The translations under genes and the position numbers were made by a program. From an uncultured delta proteobacterium (GTDB lineage: Bacteria; Desulfobacterota; Binatia; HRBIN30; BPIQ01), in assembly GCA_963761335.1 (NCBI GenBank), contig CAVXGR010000005.1, forward strand, positions 408,980 through 472,979: a DNA stretch of 64,000 bases, written 5' to 3'. Under the pieces are notes generated by a model. The model ran no database searches. It was not told the DNA's origin and saw only the letters and a program-made list of their open reading frames with translations. Positions 8,993 to 19,435 of this stretch are shown piece after piece (within the stretch, counting starts at the first letter, position 1; every line of letters begins with the position of its first letter).

Positions 8993-10414
8993 CTATGCGG
9001 CGGCGCGGCGCTTGCGCATCGTCGAGAGGAACTGTCCCGCCTCGCTGAGCATGCGCTTGCGCTCGTCGGAGCTGCGCACCATCTTCTTCACCGCCTTGAA
9101 GACGTAGGTCGGGCGGAAATAGTACTTGCGGTAGAAGCGCTCCACGGCGGCATAAATCTCCTCGCCGGAGATGTCGGGGTAGCTCACCGTGCACTTCTGG
9201 TAGCCGGCCTCGTCGTTGTAGACGTCCTGCACGAGGAAGCCGTTGTCCTGCACGTACTTGTAAAAGTGCGTGCCGGGGTAGGGCGAGGCCAGGGAAACCT
9301 GGATGGTCTCCGGGTTCATCTCGCGGGCGAAGCGGATCGACTCCTCGATGGTGTCGCGCGTCTCCCCGGGGAGGCCGACGATGAAGGTGCCGTGAATGAG
9401 GATGCCGAGGTCGTGGCAGTCGCGGGTGAAGCGCCGCGCCCTCTCCGTGCTGACGCCCTTGCGAATGTTCTTGAGGATCTGGTCGTTTCCCGACTCGTAG
9501 CCGACGACGAAGAGGCGGAGACCGCCCTCCTTGAGGACCCGCAGCGTCTCGCGGTCGACGTTGGCGCGCGAGTTCGTCGACCAGCAGAGGCCCAGCGGCT
9601 TGAGCAGCTCGGCGATCTTCCGCGCCCGCGGCGGGTCGGCGGTGAAGGTGTCGTCGTCGAAGAAGATCTCCTTCATCTGCGGGAAGCGCCGCTTCATCTC
9701 CTGCACTTCCTCGAGCACGTTCTCCGGGCTGCGCACGCGATAGGAATGGCCGGTGGTCACCTGCGGCCAGAGACAGAAGGTGCAGCGCGCCGGGCAACCG
9801 CGCCCGGTGTACAGCGACACGTACGGGTACTGGCAGTACGGGCTGTTGTACTTCAGATAGTCGAGATCGCGCTCGTAGATGTCGGTGACGAAGGGGAGCC
9901 GGTCGAGCTCCTCGCTTCCCATCGGCGGCTGCTCGGGGTTGTGGCGAATCTGCCCGTCGACGCGGTAGCTGATGTTGGCAATCTCTCCCCACGGGCGGCC
10001 CTGGGCGACGTCGCGCGTGGCGTAGTCGAACTCCTTGCGCACCACCAGGTCGATGGCGTTCGAGGCTTGCAGCGCCTCCGCCGGCTCCGCGGTGACGTGG
10101 CCGCCGACGAAGGCGATCGTGGAGTCGGGGTTCTCCGCCTTGATCATCTCCGCGGTGCGCACGTCGAGCCGGAACGACGGCGTGCTGGTGTGCAGCACCA
10201 CGAAGTCGTACTCCTTGGCGATGTCGACGCACTGCGCCTGGTTCAAGTGCTCCGGAGGGGCATCGAGAACACGGCTGTTCTCGACCATGCCGGCCGGGTA
10301 GCAGAGCCAGGTCGGATACCAGAAAGACCACACCTCGCGCGTCGCCTGATATCGAGACCCGGCGCCGCCGTCGAAGTCATCGTACGCAGGCGGATTGAGG
10401 AATAGCGTCTTCAT
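8993..10414 (-). CDS. hpnJ: hopanoid biosynthesis-associated radical SAM protein HpnJ
   Basis: MKTLFLNPP..DDFDGGAGSRYQA..SFWYPTWL N-terminus; GCPARCTFC CxxxCxxC motif. Confidence 0.9.
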   Translation of the reverse strand: MKTLFLNPPAYDDFDGGAGSRYQATREVWSFWYPTWLCYPAGMVENSRVLDAPPEHLNQAQCVDIAKEYDFVVLHTSTPSFRLDVRTAEMIKAENPDSTIAFVGGHVTAEPAEALQASNAIDLVVRKEFDYATRDVAQGRPWGEIANISYRVDGQIRHNPEQPPMGSEELDRLPFVTDIYERDLDYLKYNSPYCQYPYVSLYTGRGCPARCTFCLWPQVTTGHSYRVRSPENVLEEVQEMKRRFPQMKEIFFDDDTFTADPPRARKIAELLKPLGLCWSTNSRANVDRETLRVLKEGGLRLFVVGYESGNDQILKNIRKGVSTERARRFTRDCHDLGILIHGTFIVGLPGETRDTIEESIRFAREMNPETIQVSLASPYPGTHFYKYVQDNGFLVQDVYNDEAGYQKCTVSYPDISGEEIYAAVERFYRKYYFRPTYVFKAVKKMVRSSDERKRMLSEAGQFLSTMRKRRAAA

Positions 10415-10589
10415 GCCCCACAGCTCCTTTCCACGATCCGGGTGGGCGGGCCCCCCGTTGCGCGTTTCTCCAGACCGCGCGGTCAAGGTTCTCTCTATCC
10501 GCCCTCCGGAGCGAAAGCAAGATACATAAGGTCCATGACCGAGGTACCGGGAGACCGAGCCCCCGAGCCACCGTCCCTGTCCCTGGGGC

Positions 10590-12275
10590 TCACCGAGCCC
10601 GGTTGGTCACCAGCACCTTCTTTCCCTGGTGTGCGATGATGATTGGTTCCGGCTGCAGAGACGGTCGCAGCCGTTCGAGATCGGCGGCGTTGAGCACCAG
10701 AAACAGGCGGCGGGGACCGTGCCAGGCCTCGATCAGCTGCTCGTCCTTCGGCCAGAAGTACGCCGCCTGATCGCCGCGCTGGCGACCGAAGTCGAGCTCT
10801 CCCCACCAGAGGACGGAGACGACCCGGCGACCGGTATAGAACGGCAGCCCCTGGACGTACTGCGCATAGGACAGCATCACGTCGTCGGGGCCGGCGGCGG
10901 CCGCGGCGACGCGCGCCAGACGGCGATAGTTGGTGGCGACGCCGCGTCCGGAGATGGCGATCGCCAGGAAGAGCGCCGTGGTGGCGCAGAGCAGCAGCAG
11001 CGCATCGCGGAGGCGGCAGCGATCGAGGAGCTTCATCATCCAGGCGCCACCGCCGCCGAACACGAGCGCGCCGAGCAGCAGTCGAACCGACAGCATCGGC
11101 GCCCGGTCATCAGACCAGGCGAGCGGTACCACCAGTGTGGCGATGGCGCATCCCACCGCCAGGGCCCTCAGAGCCCAGGCGGCCAGTCGAAGGCCGCGTC
11201 CCTGCCCGCGGCGCAGCTGCCCGAGCACGCCGATCGCCAGCAGCACTGCCGCCGGCGGAAACAGGGGAACGACGTAGGTGCCGAGCTTGGAGATCGAGAC
11301 GCTGAAGAAGAGGAGAGTGGTCGCCGCCCAGGCGACGCACAGCGTGTAGCCGTCGCGGCGGCGGGTGTCCGCGGGCGGCCGCAGGGTGCTCGGGTCGGCG
11401 AGGGCGACGAGCGACCACGGCGCCAGGCCGGCGAGCAGCGTCGGCAGATAGTACCACCACGGCCCGGGGTGCTCGTGGCTGGTGGCGTAGCGCTGCAAGT
11501 GCTCGTGAACGAAGAAGAACCAGGGAAAGTCGGGGTTGCGCAGCGACACCAGAACGAACCACGGGACGGCGATCGCCGCCGCCAGGGCGATCCCGTCCAG
11601 GCGCAGCAGGTCCAGAACGGTGCGCCAGCGCCAGCGCGCCGCGATGAAGGCGAGCACGGCCATTCCGGGAAGAACCGCGGCGATCGGCCCCTTGATCAGG
11701 ATGCCCAGAGCGACGCTGACGTACATGGCGCGATACCAGCGCGCCTGCTGCTGCGGGCGGGTGTAGGCGAACCAGAAGCAGGTGACGGCGGCGGTCACCG
11801 CCGCCGTCAGGGGCATGTCCAGGATGATGATCTGGCTGATGACGAAGAACAGCGGGCTGGTGGCGAGGATCACGGCGGCGACGCGGGCCAGCCGGCGGCC
11901 GAACATGTCGCGCGCCAGCGCATACGTCATCCAGATGGTCGCCAGGCCACAGAAGGCCGGCAGCAGGCGCACGCCCATCTCGCTGGGCCCGAGCAGGTGC
12001 TCCGCAAGGGCGGTGAGCCAGTACAGCAGCGGCGGCTTCTCGAAGTAGGCGACGAAGTTGAGATGGGGCGTGATGAAGTCGCGCAGCTGCAGCATCTCGC
12101 GAGCGATCTCCGCATAGCGCGCCTCGTCCGGCTCGGCGAGGCCGGCGACACCGAGAAAGGCGAGGTACAGGATCACCCCGCCGCCGATCGCGGCCGGCAC
12201 CGTCCAGCGCGGCAGCGGGGCGGTGCGGACCTGGGTGTCTGCTTCCGCCGCCGGAGGCTTCAGCTGCACTGACAT
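10590..12275 (-). CDS. arnT: ArnT-like glycosyltransferase (4-amino-4-deoxy-L-arabinose transferase family)
   Basis: PDEARYAEIAREM, YFEKPPLLYW, KGP, FFFVHEHLQRY, WGELDFG; many TM helices. Confidence 0.88.
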   Translation of the reverse strand: MSVQLKPPAAEADTQVRTAPLPRWTVPAAIGGGVILYLAFLGVAGLAEPDEARYAEIAREMLQLRDFITPHLNFVAYFEKPPLLYWLTALAEHLLGPSEMGVRLLPAFCGLATIWMTYALARDMFGRRLARVAAVILATSPLFFVISQIIILDMPLTAAVTAAVTCFWFAYTRPQQQARWYRAMYVSVALGILIKGPIAAVLPGMAVLAFIAARWRWRTVLDLLRLDGIALAAAIAVPWFVLVSLRNPDFPWFFFVHEHLQRYATSHEHPGPWWYYLPTLLAGLAPWSLVALADPSTLRPPADTRRRDGYTLCVAWAATTLLFFSVSISKLGTYVVPLFPPAAVLLAIGVLGQLRRGQGRGLRLAAWALRALAVGCAIATLVVPLAWSDDRAPMLSVRLLLGALVFGGGGAWMMKLLDRCRLRDALLLLCATTALFLAIAISGRGVATNYRRLARVAAAAAGPDDVMLSYAQYVQGLPFYTGRRVVSVLWWGELDFGRQRGDQAAYFWPKDEQLIEAWHGPRRLFLVLNAADLERLRPSLQPEPIIIAHQGKKVLVTNRAR

Positions 12276-13147
12276 GCGACGGTTCCGGAGCGCCCGGCGA
12301 TCGGCAGCGCCCGCACCTGGCAGCGAGGCAGCGCCGTGTCGAGGCGCGAGGCCTCGTCGATGAGTCGCACGTACTCGACCTCTCCGCGCAGGCGCTCGAG
12401 CAGGTCGACGAACAGGTGATGATAGCGCATTCCTTCCATCTCCGCGTGAATGGTGTGGACATTGAGGCCGCCGTGCAGCAGCCCCGCGTAGTACGCCGAG
12501 AGCTCCGCCGCCTCGGTGCCGCAGCGCCCGTAGCACTCGTCCAGGGTGGGCAGCGTCGTCGGGATCTCGGGGGTGTGGAACTCCGCGCCGTCGATCGCCG
12601 GAAGGAAGGGCGCCGTGCCGCGCGTGTCGCTGTGGTAGCGAAAGCCGGCGGAGTCCTCGCACGCGAAGCTGTCGGCGGTGCACTGCCAGCCGGGTGCGGC
12701 GAAGGCACCGGCCGGCGTCCCGAGAATGTCGCTGAGCACGTTCTGGGCGCGTTCGATCTCGCGGCGCACCCGTTCCCTGCCGAGACCCGCAAGGCGATCC
12801 TGCCAGAAGACGTGGTCGTAGCCGTGCAGCCCGAGCTCGTGCCCCTGGTCGCGCGCTGCCCGCAGGGTTTCGGGGAAGGAGCGGGCGATCTGCGGGCCCG
12901 GCAGCAGGGTGCCGTAGAGCATGGTTTGCCAGCCGTAGGTGGCGACGCTTCCGGTGCGCCGCATCTTGGCGAGGAACCCGGGGCGCAGCAGGCGCCGCAA
13001 GGCGCGCCCCGTGTGATCCGGCCCGCAGGAGACGAAGATGGTGGCCGGGACGCGGAAGTGCGCGAAGGTGCGCAGCAGGGCGGGGACTCCGTCGCGCAGC
13101 CCGGCGAAAGTGTCGACGTCGACCTTGATGGCGAGCCGTGCGCTCAT
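12260..13147 (-). CDS. arnD: 4-deoxy-4-formamido-L-arabinose-phosphoundecaprenol deformylase
   Basis: KVDVDT..G.RDGVP, GPDHTGR, LYGTLLPGP, HGYDH..WQ, PTTLPTLDE, TIHAEMEG. Confidence 0.9.
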   Translation of the reverse strand: MSARLAIKVDVDTFAGLRDGVPALLRTFAHFRVPATIFVSCGPDHTGRALRRLLRPGFLAKMRRTGSVATYGWQTMLYGTLLPGPQIARSFPETLRAARDQGHELGLHGYDHVFWQDRLAGLGRERVRREIERAQNVLSDILGTPAGAFAAPGWQCTADSFACEDSAGFRYHSDTRGTAPFLPAIDGAEFHTPEIPTTLPTLDECYGRCGTEAAELSAYYAGLLHGGLNVHTIHAEMEGMRYHHLFVDLLERLRGEVEYVRLIDEASRLDTALPRCQVRALPIAGRSGTVACQCS

Positions 13148-13184
13148 CGCCGGCGCGCCGCTCCCGCCGTCGGGATTCTCGGCT

Positions 13185-14132
13185 TCATCGACAGGTGGCG
13201 CGCTCGAGTCCACGTCGCCGCAGCCATTCGACGGCGCTCGTCTCGGTCTCGCCCTCGAGCTGCAGGCGGAGGATCTCCAGGGCGCCCTCACCGGTTGCGG
13301 CCAGAGCCCGGCCGTCGCTCGCGGTCACGGTCCCGGGTGCCGCCGGCAGGGTGGCGGAGACCGGTCGCGCCTCCCAGACGTACAGGCGCTTGCCATCCCA
13401 GCATGTGAAGGCCCCCGGATACGGGTGGGTGACGGCGCGTACCAGGTTGTAGATGCGCCGCGCGCTCCAGCTCCAGTCGATCCGGCCGTCCTCGGGGCGC
13501 CGCCCACCGAAGTAGGTGGCCTCCGCTTGGTCCTGCGCCCGGCGCGGCGCCGTCCCGGCGCGCAGGAGTGGATAGGTGTCGCGCAGCAGTGCCGCCGCTG
13601 CTGGGGTGAGCTTGCGCGCCAGGTCGAGAGCGGTGTCGGTCTCGGAGATGGGTACGCGCCGTTGGGCGACGATGTCGCCGCGATCCGGCTTCTCCTCCAT
13701 GTAGTGCAGGGTGACGCCGGTCTCGGTCTCTCCGTGGACCAGCACCCAGTTGATCGGGCAGCGACCGCGATAGCGCGGCAGCAGGGATCCGTGCAGGTTG
13801 AGCGCCCCCCGGGACGGCAGCGCCAGAACCTCGCGCGACAGCAGATGACGGTAGTAGAAGGAGAAAAGGAAATCCGGCCGCATCTCGCGGAGTCGCGCAA
13901 TCCACTCCGGTGTGTTGATCGACTCGGGGGTGAAGACCGGCAGGTTGTGGCGGCGTCCCAGCTCGGCGACCGAGCGGAACCACACCTCCTCGCCGGGATC
14001 GTCGCGGTGGGTGATGACGGCGGCAATCGGATCGCCGGTGCGGATCAGCTCTTCGAGACAGGCGCAGCCGATGTCGTGGTAAGCGAACACGATCAGCCGC
14101 GGCGCGCCTTCGGAGTTTCCAGAGGATTGCAT
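13185..14132 (-). CDS. stand-alone ArnA-type formyltransferase (no decarboxylase domain)
   Basis: VFAYHDIG, FSFYYR, NLHGSLLPRYRGRCPINW, YFGGRRPEDG, NLVRAVTHPYPGA. Confidence 0.9.
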   Translation of the reverse strand: MQSSGNSEGAPRLIVFAYHDIGCACLEELIRTGDPIAAVITHRDDPGEEVWFRSVAELGRRHNLPVFTPESINTPEWIARLREMRPDFLFSFYYRHLLSREVLALPSRGALNLHGSLLPRYRGRCPINWVLVHGETETGVTLHYMEEKPDRGDIVAQRRVPISETDTALDLARKLTPAAAALLRDTYPLLRAGTAPRRAQDQAEATYFGGRRPEDGRIDWSWSARRIYNLVRAVTHPYPGAFTCWDGKRLYVWEARPVSATLPAAPGTVTASDGRALAATGEGALEILRLQLEGETETSAVEWLRRRGLERATCR

Positions 14133-14213
14133 GTGTGGGGAGTGGCCGCTGTGGCGGGAGTTGCGCCCCGTGTGCCACACGCGGAGTTGTGATGCAATAT
14201 CCTGCGGGGCCAA

Positions 14214-14265
14214 GGGAGAAGCGGCGTTTCGCGGCTTCCGGAAGCGCCGAGACGGCGCTTCTCCC
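14214..14265 (-). repeat. single variant REP doublet with GGAG...CTCC ends
   Basis: reverse complement GGGAGAAGCGCCGTCTCGGCGCTTCCGGAAGCCGCGAAACGCCGCTTCTCCC matches the 3569 family. Confidence 0.75.
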
Positions 14266-14344
14266 TATTCTCTCTTTGGGGCTCGCGAAAACACCGTGTT
14301 GCCGCTCCGCGCCTCCCGTGTTAGCCGAAGCCCAGGAAGCGGAC

Positions 14345-16480
14345 GTGAGCGAGCGAGCGGCGCTGCGAACTCTGGCGGAGGAGATGGGAATCCTGCCGTC
14401 GTATGTGGATACGGGTGGCCGGGAGCGCCACACCAGCGACTCCACGCGCGAGGCTCTCCTGCGCGCCATGGGAGTGGAGGCCGCGACCGAGGAAGAAGCG
14501 AGGGCCGCCCTGCGGGCGATTGCGCGGCAGAAGAGGGAGCAGCTGCTGGCGCCGACGCGGGTGATTCGCGATCCCGCTCCCCGCACTCTCGCCGTCCACG
14601 CCGGCGGTGCGAAGCGACTCCTGCCCTGGGAGCTCGAGCTGGTCGACGAGAGCGGTGTATCGCGGCGGAGCGACGGGGTCGCCGAGGTTTCCGACAGCGG
14701 CGAGGCGCCGATCGCGCTCCCGGAGTGCGGCAGCGGCTATCATCGGCTGCACTTGCGGCTGCGCGATGGAGACGAGGAGCGAGGCGCGGAGCAGCAGCTG
14801 ATCGTGGCGCCGCGTTCCTGCCTGACCCCCGAGGAACGGCTGGACGGCCGCCGCGTCTTCGGTCTCTGCGTGAACCTCTACACGCTGCTCAGCCAGCGCA
14901 ACTGGGGCGTCGGCGACCTCACCGACTTGCGCGATCTGCTCGCCTGGAGTGCGGAGATCGGCGCCGAATTCGTCGGCCTCAATCCGCTGCACGCGCTGCG
15001 CAACCGCGGCGACCAGATCAGTCCATACAGCCCGGTGAGCCGCCTGTTCCGCAACCCGATCTATGTCGACGTGGAGGCGGTGCCGGAGCTCGTCGATTGC
15101 CCGCACGCACGCACTCTCCTCGGCAGTGCGGTCTTTGGCGAGCGACTCGCCGCGGCGCGCGCCACCACGCACGTGGACTACCAGCAGGTGATGGAGCTGA
15201 AGACGCCGGTTCTCGCCGCTCTGCACCGCTGCTTTGCCTCCCGGCGCGGCCAGGCCGACAGCGAGCGCGGCCGCGCCTACGACCGCTATCTCGCCGCCCA
15301 GGGCCGCAGACTGACCGATTTCGCCACCTTCATGGCCCTCTCGGAGGCGTTCGCCGAGTCCTCGACCGGCAGCGACTGGCTGTCCTGGCCGGAGGCCTAT
15401 CGCCGCGCCGATTCCCCCGAGGTGAAGGCCTTCCGCGAAGCCCACGGCGAGCAGGTGGACTTCCATCGCTGGGTCCAGTTCGAGATCGATCGCCAGCTCT
15501 CCCTGGTCGGCGCCGAGGCGGCGCAGCGCGGCATGGCGTTGGGCATGTATCAGGACCTGGCTCTGGGCTCGGCACTGGGTGGCAGCGATCCGTGGTCATT
15601 CCCCGGCTTGTTTCTCGAGGGCGTCGACATCGGCGCTCCTCCGGACCCGTACGCCGCGACCGGGCAGAACTGGGCCTTGCCGCCGATGCATCCGCGTCGC
15701 CTCGCCGAGGACGGCTACGCCTACTGGATTGCGCTGCTGCGCGGCGCCCTGTCGCACTCGGGGGCGCTGCGCATCGACCACGTCATGGGTCTCTTCCGGC
15801 AGTTCTGGATTCCCGCGGGCCGGCCGGGGAACGAAGGCGCCTACGTGCGTTTCCCCGCCGAGGATCTGCTCGGCATCCTGGCTCTGGAGAGCCGCCGTGC
15901 CGGCGCTCTGGCGGTCGGCGAGGATCTGGGCACCGTGCCCGAGGGATTGCCGCAGGTGCTGGCTGACTGGGGGATCCTCTCATCGAAGGTTCTCTACTTC
16001 GAGCAGACCGATGGCCCGCGCTTTCGCCCGTCTTCGGAGTATCCGGCGCGGGCTCTGGTGACCGTCAACACGCACGACCTGCCGCCGCTGCTCGGCTACT
16101 GGCATGGGCGCGACCTCGAGCTGCGGCACGATGCCGGCTTGACGGCCGGGACGGATCTCGGCGAGGCGCAGCGCCACCGCGCGCGCGAGCGCCGCGCCCT
16201 GCTCGAGCGGCTGGCGGCGGAAGGCGCTCTGCCCAGCGCCGAAGAGCCATCCTTGCCGGCGGAGCTGTGCAGCGCCGTGCATCACTTCCTCTGCGGCACC
16301 GCCGCGGCGCTCGTCGGCCTGTCGCTCGACGACCTGGTGGGCGAGGAGGAGCCGGTGAATCTGCCCGGCGCACGCCTGGAGAGCTATCCCAGCTGGAGCC
16401 GCCGCCTGCGCCTGCCGCTGGAGCGCCTGCCGACCGACCCCTTCGTGCGCCGCGCGCTGGTGGGCACCGAGCGCTCGTGA
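14345..16480 (+). CDS. malQ: 4-alpha-glucanotransferase (amylomaltase)
   Basis: NWGVGD, SPYSPVSR, DLALG, GAPPD..GQNW, LRIDHVMG, GEDLG, THDLP. Confidence 0.95.
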   Translation: MSERAALRTLAEEMGILPSYVDTGGRERHTSDSTREALLRAMGVEAATEEEARAALRAIARQKREQLLAPTRVIRDPAPRTLAVHAGGAKRLLPWELELVDESGVSRRSDGVAEVSDSGEAPIALPECGSGYHRLHLRLRDGDEERGAEQQLIVAPRSCLTPEERLDGRRVFGLCVNLYTLLSQRNWGVGDLTDLRDLLAWSAEIGAEFVGLNPLHALRNRGDQISPYSPVSRLFRNPIYVDVEAVPELVDCPHARTLLGSAVFGERLAAARATTHVDYQQVMELKTPVLAALHRCFASRRGQADSERGRAYDRYLAAQGRRLTDFATFMALSEAFAESSTGSDWLSWPEAYRRADSPEVKAFREAHGEQVDFHRWVQFEIDRQLSLVGAEAAQRGMALGMYQDLALGSALGGSDPWSFPGLFLEGVDIGAPPDPYAATGQNWALPPMHPRRLAEDGYAYWIALLRGALSHSGALRIDHVMGLFRQFWIPAGRPGNEGAYVRFPAEDLLGILALESRRAGALAVGEDLGTVPEGLPQVLADWGILSSKVLYFEQTDGPRFRPSSEYPARALVTVNTHDLPPLLGYWHGRDLELRHDAGLTAGTDLGEAQRHRARERRALLERLAAEGALPSAEEPSLPAELCSAVHHFLCGTAAALVGLSLDDLVGEEEPVNLPGARLESYPSWSRRLRLPLERLPTDPFVRRALVGTERS

Positions 16481-16541
16481 GGCGCGTTTGAGCCGGCGGC
16501 GGCGAGTGCTATCTTTCTCCGCGCGCGTCCGGATCCCGTAA

Positions 16542-17759
16542 ATGCACATCGTCGACTGGCTACCCGATATTCGCATTGCCGACATCTTCGACATCCTGCT
16601 GGTCACCATCATGGTGTACGCGGCGGCGGTGTGGATTCGCCGCACCCAGGCCGCCTTCGTCGCCATCGGCCTCCTCATCCTCGCCGTCGTCTACGTCGCC
16701 GTGCGGGCTCTCGACCTGCGCCTGATGGCGTGGATCTTCCAGGGCTTCTTCGCCGTCTTCCTGGTCGTCATCGTGGTCATCTTCCAGGAGGAGCTGCGGC
16801 AGCTGTTCGAGCGCCTGGCGGTGTGGAGCCTGCGGCGGCGTCACGCGGTGGCGCCGCCCTTCGACCCGGTGAACATCCTGGTGCGCTGCTGCGCCGATTT
16901 CACCCGTGACCGCATCGGCGCCCTCATCGTGATTCCCGGCAAGCAGCCCATCCTGCGGCACATCCAGGGCGGCATCGAGCTGCAGGGCCGCCTGAGCGAG
17001 CCCCTCCTGAAGAGCATCTTCGATCCGCACTCCGCCGGCCACGACGGCGCCGTGATCCTCGAAGGAGATCGAGTCACCCGCTTCGCCTGCCACCTGCCTC
17101 TGTCGAAGGACTTCCAACAGCTGTCGCGCTACGGCACGCGGCACAGTGCGGCGCTCGGGCTCGCCGAGCTGACCGACGCCCTCACAGTGGTGGTGTCGGA
17201 GGAGCGCGGGCAGATCTCCATCGCGCGCGATGCCCGGCTGCGCCCGATGAAGGATACCCACGAGCTCGGTATCGAGCTCGACCGCTTCATCCGCGCCACC
17301 CAGGGGGGGGCACCCAACCCGCGGCACACCGCTTGGCGCCTGCTGCGCGAGAACTGGGTCGAGAAGCTGGTGTCGTTCGCCTTCGTGGTCACCCTCTGGT
17401 ACCTGTTCGTGCCCGGCTCTCGTCCGGAGACGGTCACCTACTCGGTCCCGGTGTCGGTCACCAACCTCCCCGCGGATATGCACCTCGACGCGGTGGAGCC
17501 GGCCGAGGTGAGCGCCACCTTCTCCGGGCCGCGCCGCTCGTTCTATCTGTTCGGCCGCGAGCGCTTGCGGGTCACCGTGGACGCCTCGATGGCGCAGCTC
17601 GGGCGCCGCACCTTCGAGATTCCCGAGCAAGCGGTGCGGCATCCCCCGGAGGTGACCCTGGAGGACATATCGCCGGACAAGGTGCGCATCTCGGTGAGCA
17701 CCCATCCGCCCACACCGGTACCGACGGCCAATGGCGGCAACGGCAAGAAGACGCCGTGA
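16542..17759 (+). CDS. cdaA: membrane diadenylate cyclase (CdaA/DacA) fused to a YbbR/CdaR-like domain
   Basis: 3 TM, IFQEELR, HDGAV, GTRHSAALG, VSEERG; extra TM plus YbbR-like V.VTNLP..V.ATFSGP C-terminus. Confidence 0.88.
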   Translation: MHIVDWLPDIRIADIFDILLVTIMVYAAAVWIRRTQAAFVAIGLLILAVVYVAVRALDLRLMAWIFQGFFAVFLVVIVVIFQEELRQLFERLAVWSLRRRHAVAPPFDPVNILVRCCADFTRDRIGALIVIPGKQPILRHIQGGIELQGRLSEPLLKSIFDPHSAGHDGAVILEGDRVTRFACHLPLSKDFQQLSRYGTRHSAALGLAELTDALTVVVSEERGQISIARDARLRPMKDTHELGIELDRFIRATQGGAPNPRHTAWRLLRENWVEKLVSFAFVVTLWYLFVPGSRPETVTYSVPVSVTNLPADMHLDAVEPAEVSATFSGPRRSFYLFGRERLRVTVDASMAQLGRRTFEIPEQAVRHPPEVTLEDISPDKVRISVSTHPPTPVPTANGGNGKKTP

Positions 17760-19431
17760 CTCGTCCGCCGCCGGGGTGGTGCGGCGTGCGCTGCAGGTCG
17801 CGCGGCTTGCCTGGACGAAGCTCCTTCTGCCCCGGGTGCTGCGGCGTCCGGCGCCGCCGCGCGCCGAGCGCCTGCAGCAGGCGCTCGAGGAGCTGGGCGG
17901 GACCTGGGTGAAGCTCGGCCAGGCCCTGGCTCTGCGCTTCGACATTCTTCCCGCCGACTACTGCCTGCAGCTCTTCCAGCTCCTCAACCAGGTGCGGCCC
18001 TTTTCCACGGATGAGGTGCGGGGCATTCTCGAGCGGGAGCTGGGGCAGCCGGTGGAGTCGCTGTTCCGCTCCTTCGACTGGCGGCCTCTGGCGGCGGCGT
18101 CCATCGGCCAGGTGCACCGCGCCGAGCTGTTCGACGGCACGCAGGTCGCCGTCAAGGTGCAGCGGCCGGGAATTCGCCAGCTGGTGGCCGCCGACCTGCG
18201 GCTGATGCGGTGGCTTGCCGCCCTTCTCGACACCCTGTCGCTCTTCGGGCGCACGCGCGCCCGCGAGGTGGTCCGCGAGTTTGCCCGATGGACGGAGGAG
18301 GAGCTCGACTACCGCATCGAGGCGCGCCACGCCTCGGTTCTTCGCAGCAACGCCGGCGGCGATCCCCTCGAGGTGAACCCGCGCGTGCATGCGGCGGCGA
18401 CCACGGAAAAGGTGCTGACCCTCGACTATGTCGACGGCATTCCGGTGATCGACATCGTCACCGCCATGCGCAACCAGGACGCGGCGTTTCTCGAGGCGCT
18501 CGCCGCCGCCGGCCACGATCCCCGGCGCATCGCCAGCCACATCGTGTGGAATGCGCTCAACCAGATCTACCGCTTCGGCTATTTCCACGCCGATCCGCAT
18601 CCGGCCAATCTGCTCGTCCTTCCCGGCGACGCCATCGGCTATGTCGACTTCGGCATCATTGGAAAGCTGGACGACGAGACGACCGACGTCCTGCGCTACT
18701 TCGCGCAGAGCCTGTTCGCCGGGCACACCGGCAAGGCGGTGGACGAGTTCATGCGCTTTCTGACGCCTTCCCCGCGCACCGACGTCGCGGCGGCGCGCCG
18801 GGACCTCATCGAAGCGATGAAGAGCTACGTCGAGAGCGCCCGCGTCGGTCCTGCTGGGAGCGCCTTCTCCGAGGACATCTTCGAGATCGAGATGCTCGCC
18901 ATCGTCCGCCAGCACTCCATGGCGCTGGCGCCCGAAGCGGTGCGCTATCTCAAGGCGGTGCTGACGGCGGAGGCCATGGTCAAGGAGCTCGATCCGGAGT
19001 TCGATCTGCGCGCCCACGAGAACCGATTCTTCGGGCGTCTGATGCAGATGGAGTTCGGCGAGCGGCTGAGCCCCGGCCGCGTCGGGCAGTGGCTCCTCGA
19101 TGCGCGCTTCCGCGTCGACCGGCTGCTCGAGTCGGTGGAGAGCTTCGTGGAAGCCCCGGCGCATTTCGCCGCCGTGGCCCAGAAGGTTCGGCGGCGGGTG
19201 CAGCTCGTCTCGGTGCTCACCATCGTCGGCTGGGTGGCGGTGCTGGCGGCGATGTGGGGCCTTCCGGCGCCCCCAGGGGTGCCCCCAGTCGGGGGCTGGC
19301 TGCGCTGGATCGTGCTCGGCGGCGGAGTGGCGACGCTGGCTCTGCTGGTGTTCTCGATCCTGCAGGTGCGGCACCTCCCCGGTGAGTACCAGGCGGCGCG
19401 CCGCGGGCGCTATCCGCGGCGGCTGCAGTGA
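17731..19431 (+). CDS. ABC1/AarF/UbiB family atypical kinase with C-terminal TM helices (start may be GTG 17776)
   Basis: WVKLGQ, AASIGQVH, VAVKVQRP, HADPHPAN, DFG. Confidence 0.92.
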   Translation: MAATARRRRDSSAAGVVRRALQVARLAWTKLLLPRVLRRPAPPRAERLQQALEELGGTWVKLGQALALRFDILPADYCLQLFQLLNQVRPFSTDEVRGILERELGQPVESLFRSFDWRPLAAASIGQVHRAELFDGTQVAVKVQRPGIRQLVAADLRLMRWLAALLDTLSLFGRTRAREVVREFARWTEEELDYRIEARHASVLRSNAGGDPLEVNPRVHAAATTEKVLTLDYVDGIPVIDIVTAMRNQDAAFLEALAAAGHDPRRIASHIVWNALNQIYRFGYFHADPHPANLLVLPGDAIGYVDFGIIGKLDDETTDVLRYFAQSLFAGHTGKAVDEFMRFLTPSPRTDVAAARRDLIEAMKSYVESARVGPAGSAFSEDIFEIEMLAIVRQHSMALAPEAVRYLKAVLTAEAMVKELDPEFDLRAHENRFFGRLMQMEFGERLSPGRVGQWLLDARFRVDRLLESVESFVEAPAHFAAVAQKVRRRVQLVSVLTIVGWVAVLAAMWGLPAPPGVPPVGGWLRWIVLGGGVATLALLVFSILQVRHLPGEYQAARRGRYPRRLQ

Positions 19432-19435
19432 GAGG

